Virus record (IMG/VR): IMGVR_UViG_2541047905_000019
Reading direction: 5' to 3' (one strand)
DNA length: 5,093 nt
Source of the DNA: a virus
Taxonomy: Duplodnaviria > Heunggongvirae > Uroviricota > Caudoviricetes
Of the stretch, positions 1 to 5,093 are shown one piece after another (the first letter of the stretch is position 1; each line of letters opens with the position of its first letter). Made by a program: the position numbers and the translations under genes. The notes beneath the pieces are model-generated. The model did not search any database. It had not been told where the DNA came from and saw only the letters and a list, made by a program, of their open reading frames with translations.

Positions 1-177
1 GCGGAGGTAATACACCGTAAGAGCTGGAAAAACCGTGCAGAAGTGGAACTGGCCACACTCACGTGGGTGGACTGGTATAACAATCGACGATTGCTGGAAA
101 GGCTGGGCCATACTCCTCCGGCAGAAGCAGAAAAAGCTTATTATGCTTCCATCGGAAACGATGATCTGGCAGCCTGA
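1..177 (+). CDS. IS3-family (IS629-like) transposase OrfB, C-terminal 58 codons; 5' partial, runs off the window start
   Basis: Frame +1 is open from position 1 to TGA at 175-177. Translation AEVIHRKSWKNRAEVELATLTWVDWYNNRRLLERLGHTPPAEAEKAYYASIGNDDLAA matches the conserved C-terminal tail of IS3-family DDE transposases (WxxWYNxxRxHxxLG-like motif). Confidence 0.85.
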   Translation, partial: AEVIHRKSWKNRAEVELATLTWVDWYNNRRLLERLGHTPPAEAEKAYYASIGNDDLAA

Positions 178-219
178 GTTCACAGATAAAATACTCTCCA
201 GGAAACCCGGGGCGGTTCA
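1..219 (+). mobile_element. Right-hand end of an IS629-type insertion sequence (IS3 family); the element continues upstream of the window
   Basis: Transposase OrfB C-terminus in frame +1 (1..177) is followed by the terminus ...GGAAACCCGGGGCGGTTCA ending at 219. This is the reverse complement of the TGAACCGCCCCGGG... end I recognise as the IS629/IS1203 terminal inverted repeat, and ends in the CA typical of IS3-family termini. From 220 the sequence is in-frame HD-domain coding sequence with no start codon. Exact IR length not verified. Confidence 0.8.
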
Positions 220-680
220 ATATCGCGGTTTCCCTTTCAAATATCTGTCGCTTTGCAGGACATCTTTCACACTTCTACAGTGTCGCCCAGCATGCGGTGC
301 TTTGCAGCCAGCTGGTGCCGCAGGAATTTGCTTTTGAAGCGTTAATGCATGATGCAACAGAAGCGTATTGCCAGGATATTCCCGCTCCACTGAAACGCCT
401 TCTTCCTGACTATAAACGGATGGAAGAAAAAATAGACGCCGTAATCCGTGAGAAATACGGGTTACCCCCGGTTATGAGCACGCCTGTGAAATATGCCGAT
501 CTCATCATGCTGGCAACCGAACGCCGCGATCTCGGGCTTGATGATGGCTCTTTCTGGCCAGTACTGGAAGGTATCCCGGCAACAGAAATGTTCAAAGTTA
601 TTCCACTGGCTCCGAGCCATGCCTACGGGATGTTTATGGAACGTTTTAACGAGTTATCGGAGTTACGCAAATGCGCATGA
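220..680 (+). pseudogene. yfdR: HD-domain metal-dependent phosphohydrolase (YfdR-like 5'-nucleotidase family), 5'-truncated by the IS insertion
   Basis: Frame +3 is open from 165 through TGA at 678-680 with no ATG/GTG/TTG before the GTG at 297. Translation from 222 reads IAVSLSNICRFAGHLSHFYSVAQHAVLCSQLVPQEFAFEALMHDATEAYCQD..., carrying the H...HD metal-binding signature. The reading frame crosses the IS terminus, so the native N-terminus and start are missing. The yfdR name is from memory of the E. coli K-12 CPS-53 homologue and is unverified. Confidence 0.6.
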
Positions 681-1033
681 ATGTTTTCGAAATGGAAGGG
701 TTTCTTCGCGGGAAATGTGTACCACGAGATCTGAAAGTGAATGAAACAAATGCTGAGTACCTGGTACGTAAATTCGATGCGCTTGAAGCTAAATGTGCGG
801 CACTGGAAAACAAAATAATACCAGTGTCAGCTGAACTGCCGCCAGCAAATGAAAGTGTTCTGTTATTTGATGCTAACGGAGAAGGCTGGCTAATTGGCTG
901 GCGTTCTCTCTGGTACACCTGGGGACAAAAAGAAACCGGAGAATGGCTGTGGACATTTCAGGTCGGGGACCTTGAAAACGTCAATATCACTCACTGGGCA
1001 GTAATGCCGAAAGCACCGAAGAATAAAAAATGA
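671..1033 (+). CDS. DUF551-domain prophage protein (YfdS-like), 120 aa
   Basis: ORF 671..1033 with GGAG at 659-662, 8 nt upstream of ATG 671; a second ATG at 677 overlaps the upstream stop as ATGA. C-terminal region ELPPANESVLLFDANGEGWLIGW...NVNITHWAVMPKAP matches my recollection of the DUF551 pattern (LPxxxxxVLv...G...W....THWmPlP). Family name and YfdS resemblance are from memory. Confidence 0.7.
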   Translation: MRMNVFEMEGFLRGKCVPRDLKVNETNAEYLVRKFDALEAKCAALENKIIPVSAELPPANESVLLFDANGEGWLIGWRSLWYTWGQKETGEWLWTFQVGDLENVNITHWAVMPKAPKNKK

Positions 1034-1233
1034 GCGTGATAAAAACTCATACAGGAATTGTTATCACCCGAGACGGTCCGCAGGTAAAAAAACTGCACCA
1101 GACAAAGCGGATGTGGGTCGTCGGAAAAAACGAGTTTTACCACAAAGAAACCGGACGCCGCCACTTTGCAGAAAATACTCGCCGCCGACTGCTGATCGAT
1201 ACCATCAAGCCTATCGAGGTGAAGCATGTTTAA
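1030..1233 (+). CDS. Hypothetical small basic protein, 67 aa
   Basis: ATG at 1030 overlaps the upstream stop (ATGA at 1030-1033). The protein has 15 K/R against 6 D/E plus 5 His, which would suit nucleic-acid binding. Weak SD (GAAGA at 1018-1022). No family recognised. Confidence 0.5.
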   Translation: MSVIKTHTGIVITRDGPQVKKLHQTKRMWVVGKNEFYHKETGRRHFAENTRRRLLIDTIKPIEVKHV

Positions 1234-1465
1234 ACAGAACGAAAAATCTATCGCTCAAATTGCTGAGTATATCCCGCGTGCGTGCCGGGGTATGCAGTTG
1301 CAGGAAGCCAAAGCACGCCTGGAGAAAAAAATTGCGCTCTATATCGATGACGGCTGTGATACTGCCGTTCTTAACGCGGCGTTCGCGCCAGCTCTTAACA
1401 GTCATACGCGAAAGTCTTTTTTTTCGTGCATCGCAGCGCAGATCCGTAAAGGAGGCAACCAGTGA
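1226..1465 (+). CDS. Hypothetical protein, 79 aa
   Basis: ATG at 1226 preceded by GAGG at 1216-1219 (6-nt spacer). Overlaps the upstream gene by 8 nt out of frame (ATGTTTAA). No family recognised. Confidence 0.55.
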   Translation: MFKQNEKSIAQIAEYIPRACRGMQLQEAKARLEKKIALYIDDGCDTAVLNAAFAPALNSHTRKSFFSCIAAQIRKGGNQ

Positions 1466-1998
1466 GCAACATTAACTATCAGGTACTGCGTGAGGCGGCA
1501 GAACGTGCAATTCCAGCAATGGAACGCCTGTTAATGTTGCCAGCTGATGATGATTTGTTAAGTGAACAGGAACTTAAAGATTACGGTGTGGATATTGATG
1601 CGCTCAATGCCTTCAAATTTCTGACCGGACCAGAAACCGTGCTGGCACTACTGGATGAACGGGAAAGAAACCAGCAATACATCAAACGCCGCGACCAGGA
1701 GAACGAGGATATTGCGCTTACGGTTGGGAAGCTGCGCGTTGAGCTTGAAGCAGCAAAATCAAAACTCAACGAGCAGCGCGAGTATTACGAGGGAGTTATC
1801 TCTGATGGGTGCAAGCGTATTGCTGAACTGGAAGCGCGGGAAGTTCAATTACCGACTCGCTACGACCTTCGATATGGACACCCGATAAATGCAGATGAGC
1901 GACAAGTCATGATACCTAAAGAAAATGGCAGTTGGCTTTACCTGATTGACCTAGAACACGCATTACGCGTCGCTGACATTCGCATCAAAGGAGAGTGA
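1462..1998 (+). CDS. Ead/Ea22-like prophage protein with central coiled-coil, 178 aa
   Basis: GTG start at 1462 overlaps the upstream stop (GTGA), with a strong SD AGGAGG at 1450-1455. N-terminus MSNINYQVLREAAERA... and the motif PETVLALLDERE resemble the Ead/Ea22-like family common in E. coli lambdoid prophages (from memory). The heptad-like, charged segment RDQENEDIALTVGKLRVELEAAKSKLNEQREYYE suggests a coiled coil. Confidence 0.6.
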   Translation: MSNINYQVLREAAERAIPAMERLLMLPADDDLLSEQELKDYGVDIDALNAFKFLTGPETVLALLDERERNQQYIKRRDQENEDIALTVGKLRVELEAAKSKLNEQREYYEGVISDGCKRIAELEAREVQLPTRYDLRYGHPINADERQVMIPKENGSWLYLIDLEHALRVADIRIKGE

Positions 1999-1999
1999 T

Positions 2000-2263
2000 A
2001 TGGCAACTTTGACAAAAAAAGAACAAGCATGGTTGAGCGAATTACAGGACGTTCTTGATCGCTGCCCATCACCGAAAAAAATTGGTTTTTACACCATTGG
2101 CGATAAAAGCATTTACCTGTATGACCTGCGCCGCATGGATGAAATCATGGAGGCTCTTGATAATCGTTCGTCAATGGATTGGTGTGTTGCTGTTCATGAT
2201 ATGAATGCCGGATTTGATGAAAAGATTTTATTCCCCTCATCAGTTGAAAGTACAGCAGGATAA
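2000..2263 (+). CDS. Hypothetical protein, 87 aa
   Basis: ATG at 2000 lies 1 nt after the upstream stop (TGA 1996-1998); SD AGGAGA at 1989-1994. No family recognised. Confidence 0.6.
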   Translation: MATLTKKEQAWLSELQDVLDRCPSPKKIGFYTIGDKSIYLYDLRRMDEIMEALDNRSSMDWCVAVHDMNAGFDEKILFPSSVESTAG

Positions 2264-2273
2264 GGACTAACAC

Positions 2274-3035
2274 ATGACCACTATTACCAAAGAGCGACTG
2301 CTGACAATCAGGCAGTGGCGCGAAACATACGGACCTGGTAGCAACGTTGTACTGCCAGCAGAAGAAGCGGAAGAACTGGCACGAATTGCTCTGGCATCGC
2401 TGGAAGCAGAGCCGATAGGTTTCCGTTGCAGGCGCAATGATAACCTTGGTGATTGGAGTTACGTATATCATCGAGAGCCAGATGATTTTGAGCGCAAACA
2501 TTTAGTGATAGAGGGCATTTACGCCGCCCCTCCAGCACCGGTAGTGCCTGAAGAAGCAACTCCGGAAAACGTAGAAATGCTCTCTGGCTATGTTTCAACG
2601 TACAAATTAACCGATAGCGAGCGCGATATTGCTGCCGAAATATGGAACGCCTGCCGCGCCGCCATGCTTCAGTCCGGAAACTTTCGGGAAAACAAGAATT
2701 CGTCAACCAATAATTTTCGGGAAATCGCGGAAACGTCAACCAACTATCCGGCAATTCCTAGTGAGGTGTTGTCCGCAATCCTGAAGGTTGCCAGGATTCG
2801 TGCCGATTTCGATGATTTTGACGGTGACAGGCGAGGTATCGGTGATTGTCTGGATGAGGCTGAGCAAGAGCTTATCGTTACCATTAACAAATATGCCAGT
2901 CAGTTGGCAGCAGAACCTATAGCGCCTAATGACGTTCGAGAGCAGACAGCCATTCCACAAGTTCCGGTAACTCCGGATGGTTGGATAAGCTGTAGTGAGC
3001 GAATGCCGGACGACAGGCAGGAGGTGAATCAATGA
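2274..3035 (+). CDS. Modular acidic prophage protein, 253 aa, with a Pro-rich linker, an internal duplicated segment and a C-terminal fragment resembling the start of a DUF551 domain
   Basis: ATG at 2274 with AAGGA at 2263-2267. Contains the linker AAPPAPVVPEEATPE, the in-frame repeat NFRENKNSSTN/NFREIAETSTN, and ends ...PDGWISCSERMPDDRQEVNQ*. That ending resembles the start of the DUF551 region in the 671..1033 protein (VSAELPPANESVLL) but stops before the W...THW..P part. Confidence 0.65.
   Translation: MTTITKERLLTIRQWRETYGPGSNVVLPAEEAEELARIALASLEAEPIGFRCRRNDNLGDWSYVYHREPDDFERKHLVIEGIYAAPPAPVVPEEATPENVEMLSGYVSTYKLTDSERDIAAEIWNACRAAMLQSGNFRENKNSSTNNFREIAETSTNYPAIPSEVLSAILKVARIRADFDDFDGDRRGIGDCLDEAEQELIVTINKYASQLAAEPIAPNDVREQTAIPQVPVTPDGWISCSERMPDDRQEVNQ
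2679..2744 (+). repeat. Imperfect 33-bp direct tandem duplication (2 units) inside the 253-aa CDS
   Basis: Unit 1 (2679..2711) aactttcgggaaaacaagaattcgtcaaccaat versus unit 2 (2712..2744) aattttcgggaaatcgcggaaacgtcaaccaac: 25 of 33 positions identical, with TTTCGGGAAA and CGTCAACCAA blocks conserved at fixed 33-bp spacing. In frame, so it encodes an 11-aa repeat. Confidence 0.8.
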
Positions 3036-3115
3036 GCTGGCCTGATGCAATCGTAACTCTGGGGGTGGTCTTCGCAGCAGCGTTTGTTGTGTTCTCGATT
3101 TGTCGATGGGGATAA
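3032..3115 (+). CDS. Micro-protein, 27 aa, predicted single transmembrane helix (MSWPDAIVTLGVVFAAAFVVFSICRWG); not in the supplied ORF track
   Basis: ATG at 3032 overlaps the stop of the 253-aa gene (ATGA). Strong SD GGAGG at 3020-3024 with a 7-nt spacer. An 18-residue hydrophobic core is flanked by W/D at the N-side and R/W at the C-side. Stop TAA at 3113-3115. Confidence 0.5.
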   Translation: MSWPDAIVTLGVVFAAAFVVFSICRWG

Positions 3116-3119
3116 CCAC

Positions 3120-3362
3120 ATGTTCGCTTTGATTCAACGCGGTCAGATATACACGGACAGAGCTGGATACCCCGTGGTGATTACTCGCATCACTGAGCAC
3201 TCAGTGTTCTTTCGACGGATGGACGGACGATCCGGGCGGGTACGCATTGGTGAGTTAAACTGCCTGTTCGAACATATTGACCACCAGGAGTACCGCAAAA
3301 TTCTCGCGGACACTGAGCAGGAAAAGCACCTGAAAAAATTACGAGCCATGAAAAGGAAGTAA
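3120..3362 (+). CDS. Hypothetical small prophage protein, 80 aa (possibly DUF4222-like)
   Basis: ATG at 3120 preceded by GGGGA at 3108-3112. The track's 3084 start is TTG with no SD and overlaps the micro-ORF, so ATG 3120 is preferred. Sequence MFALIQRGQIYTDRAGYPVVITRITEHSVFFRRMDG... The DUF4222 label is a tentative recollection. Confidence 0.65.
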   Translation: MFALIQRGQIYTDRAGYPVVITRITEHSVFFRRMDGRSGRVRIGELNCLFEHIDHQEYRKILADTEQEKHLKKLRAMKRK

Positions 3363-3365
3363 ACA

Positions 3366-3500
3366 ATGAATAAAGCATTTGAACGATGGGTCCACCAGCG
3401 TTACGGCAATCGCTATGATCTGACGCGAGATGTTGACGGTTTCTACTGTCGTGAAGTTGTGAAGCGAATGTTTGAAGTGTGGTGCCACTGCCGTGGATGA
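3366..3500 (+). CDS. Micro-protein, 44 aa, Cys/His-containing (MNKAFERWVHQRYGNRYDLTRDVDGFYCREVVKRMFEVWCHCRG); not in the supplied ORF track
   Basis: ATG at 3366 lies 3 nt after the upstream TAA, with SD AGGAAG at 3354-3359 (6-nt spacer). Stop TGA at 3498-3500. Cys28, Cys40, His41 and Cys42 could form a small metal site. Sits immediately upstream of xis. Confidence 0.45.
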   Translation: MNKAFERWVHQRYGNRYDLTRDVDGFYCREVVKRMFEVWCHCRG

Positions 3501-3518
3501 AAGTTTTATGAGGTTGGC

Positions 3519-3773
3519 ATGCAGACAATCATCTATCAGATAACCCCCAGCAAATGGTGTACGGAGAGAGTCCTTATTGCATCAACAGGGCTAAAGCCTG
3601 GCACCATTGAGCGGGCAAGAAGAAAGTCATGGATGCAGGGAAAAGAATACCGCCATTACGCTGTAGAAGGTGATCCGGGGCACTACAGTGAATGCCTGTA
3701 CAACATCGAAGAAATTATGCGATGGATCGAAAACCAGAAACAACCAGGTGCCAAAAATGCAAGTTCCGGTTAA
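3519..3773 (+). CDS. xis: Excisionase-like protein (lambda Xis-type winged-helix recombination directionality factor), 84 aa
   Basis: ATG at 3519 with GAGG at 3510-3513. Position immediately upstream of int. The pattern ...SKW...GLKPGTIERARRK....GKEYRHY... parallels the lambda Xis pattern (...eW....sletvrrWv......G.reYlfh). Confidence 0.65.
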   Translation: MQTIIYQITPSKWCTERVLIASTGLKPGTIERARRKSWMQGKEYRHYAVEGDPGHYSECLYNIEEIMRWIENQKQPGAKNASSG

Positions 3774-3806
3774 CCTGTTAATGCTCCTGGACGTCTGGGA
3801 GGTTTA

Positions 3807-5093
3807 ATGAGTAACGCATCATACCCGACAGGCGTTGAAAACCATGGAGGATCACTCCGTATATGGTTTCACTATAATGGCAAACGTGTCAGAGAAAACC
3901 TCGGTGTTCCTGACACAGCCAAAAACCGGAAGATCGCTGGTGAACTTCGCACTTCCGTTTGTTTTGCAATCAGAATGGGGAGTTTCGACTACGCCGCGCA
4001 GTTCCCTAATTCCCCTAACCTGAAACACTTTGGTCTGGGAAAAAGAGAGATAACCGTTAAGGCACTTTCGGAAAAATGGTTGGACCTTAAGAAAATTGAG
4101 ATTTGTGCGAATGCACTTAACCGTTACCAGTCAGTAATTAAAAACATGTTACCAATGTTAGGTGAAAAAAAACTGGTTTCATCCATAACAAAAGAGGATT
4201 TACTTTTCGTAAGGAGAGATTTGTTGACCGGTTACCAAAAGCTTTCTAATGGAAAGACTTCTTCCATAAAAGGGCGCTCAGTGGTCACGGTAAACTACTA
4301 TATGACAACCATAGCTGGAATGTTTCAATTTGCAACAGATAATGGTTATACCTCAGGAAACCCATTTAACGGTCTGGCTCCCTTAAAAAAGTCCAAGGTA
4401 AAACCAGATCCTCTCACCCGTGACGAATTTATTCGTTTTATTGAGGCTTGCCGTCATCAACAAACAAAAAACCTGTGGATTCTCGCTGTATACACGGGTA
4501 TTCGTCACGGGGAGTTGGTATCGCTGGCATGGGAAGATATAGACCTTAAAGCAAGGACTATAACCATCCGTAGAAATTATACAAAACTTGGCGAATTCAC
4601 TCCACCAAAAACCGATGCAGGCACCGGAAGGACAATTCATCTGGTTCAACCAGCTATTGATGCTCTTAAAAGCCAGGCGGAAATGACCATGCTTGGAAAG
4701 CAACATTCTGTAGAGGTGAAGCAGAGGGAATATGGGAGAACTGCTGTGCATAAATGCACTTTTGTTTTTAGTCCTCAGGTAACAAAACAGCAGCAGTTGT
4801 CCGGACCTCACTACAAGGTTGACTCCATCAGGGAGTCATGGACAAGTATCTTAAAACGCGCAGGTCTGAGACACAGAAAATCGTACCAATCCAGGCATAC
4901 TTATGCATGCTGGTCACTTGCCGCAGGAGCTAATCCTAGTTTTATCGCAAGCCAGATGGGCCACACAAACGCACAAATGGTATTCAATGTTTACGGAGCA
5001 TGGATGAAAGACAACAATCACGAACAGATAGAACTCCTTAACAAAAGACTATCTGAAAGTGTCCCATGTATGCCCCATAAGAAAGTTGGGTAA
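3807..5093 (+). CDS. int: Phage integrase, tyrosine site-specific recombinase, 428 aa
   Basis: ATG at 3807 preceded by GGGAGG at 3797-3802. C-terminal catalytic motifs are present: box I LAVYTGIRHGELVSLAWEDIDL (Arg) and box II SRHTYACWSLAAGANPSFIASQMGHTNAQMVFNVYGAWM (R-H...GH...Y). The N-terminus (LRIWFHYNGKRVRENLG) resembles an arm-type DNA-binding domain. Stop TAA at 5091-5093 is the last codon of the window. Confidence 0.9.
   Translation: MSNASYPTGVENHGGSLRIWFHYNGKRVRENLGVPDTAKNRKIAGELRTSVCFAIRMGSFDYAAQFPNSPNLKHFGLGKREITVKALSEKWLDLKKIEICANALNRYQSVIKNMLPMLGEKKLVSSITKEDLLFVRRDLLTGYQKLSNGKTSSIKGRSVVTVNYYMTTIAGMFQFATDNGYTSGNPFNGLAPLKKSKVKPDPLTRDEFIRFIEACRHQQTKNLWILAVYTGIRHGELVSLAWEDIDLKARTITIRRNYTKLGEFTPPKTDAGTGRTIHLVQPAIDALKSQAEMTMLGKQHSVEVKQREYGRTAVHKCTFVFSPQVTKQQQLSGPHYKVDSIRESWTSILKRAGLRHRKSYQSRHTYACWSLAAGANPSFIASQMGHTNAQMVFNVYGAWMKDNNHEQIELLNKRLSESVPCMPHKKVG

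Noticed and set aside
206-212. CCCGGGG palindrome near the IS end as a possible terminator or regulatory hairpin
   Set aside because: The stem is too short (3 bp) with no loop or U-tract. It is simply part of the IS terminal inverted repeat.
35-337. 100-aa + strand ORF spanning the transposase 3' end, IS terminus and HD-gene remnant
   Set aside because: It is out of frame with both the transposase (frame +1) and the HD-domain remnant (frame +3), and it crosses the IS-to-host junction. It reads as a chance frame.
1113-1475. 120-aa + strand ORF in an alternative frame
   Set aside because: It overlaps two better-supported ORFs (1030..1233 and 1226..1465) that each have an SD and coupled starts. 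Its Arg/Ser/Pro-rich, low-complexity translation is typical of an out-of-frame read.
3084-3119. TTG start proposed by the ORF track for the 3120..3362 gene
   Set aside because: TTG at 3084 has no SD and would overlap the 27-aa micro-ORF. ATG at 3120 has GGGGA 7 nt upstream and is the more credible start.
3392-3399. CCACCAGC, a Chi site (GCTGGTGG) on the minus strand
   Set aside because: A single occurrence is about what is expected by chance for E. coli-like DNA. No clustering or orientation bias can be assessed in 5 kb.
2145-3528. Series of long minus-strand ORFs (2145..2501, 2308..2754, 2736..3200, 3190..3528)
   Set aside because: All are antisense to well-supported + strand genes, lack convincing SD sequences, and have Cys/Arg/Ser-rich translations with no recognisable motifs. 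They look like shadow ORFs.
3774-3806. xis-int intergenic gap as a promoter (pI-like) or attachment site
   Set aside because: No convincing -35/-10 pair or TTGC-N6-TTGC (CII-type) motif was found here or inside xis. In lambdoid phages the att site normally lies downstream of int, not upstream.
4383-4811. 142-aa minus-strand ORF inside the integrase gene
   Set aside because: It is antisense to a CDS with clear tyrosine-recombinase catalytic motifs, lies in an AT-rich stretch, and its translation is low-complexity.
1-5093. CRISPR array, tRNA/tmRNA or rRNA genes
   Set aside because: No regularly spaced direct repeats with unique spacers and no cloverleaf-like or rRNA-like segments were seen. 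The window is almost entirely protein-coding on the + strand.

Overview
This window reads as the integrase-proximal (early-left-like) arm of a lambdoid enterobacterial prophage, with every supported gene on the + strand and the operon ending in xis-int at the window edge. The upstream end is interrupted by the right terminus of an IS629-type (IS3-family) insertion sequence, which has cut off the 5' end of an HD-domain phosphohydrolase gene (YfdR-like). Between that remnant and xis lie about ten tightly packed, mostly overlapping or translationally coupled small genes: a DUF551 protein, an Ead/Ea22-like coiled-coil protein, a modular 253-aa protein with an internal 33-bp tandem duplication, and several micro-proteins of 27 to 87 aa. 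I see no rRNA, tRNA, CRISPR array or att site, and no recognisable defence-enzyme motif (nuclease, ATPase, methyltransferase). The most interesting material is the uncharacterised small-protein cassette, in particular a 27-aa single-transmembrane micro-ORF and a 44-aa Cys/His micro-ORF that the six-frame track did not list, plus the IS-mediated disruption at the head of the operon. All family assignments are from reading the translations and from memory, not from a database search. IS629 suggests an EHEC or Shigella-like E. coli host, but that is inference.
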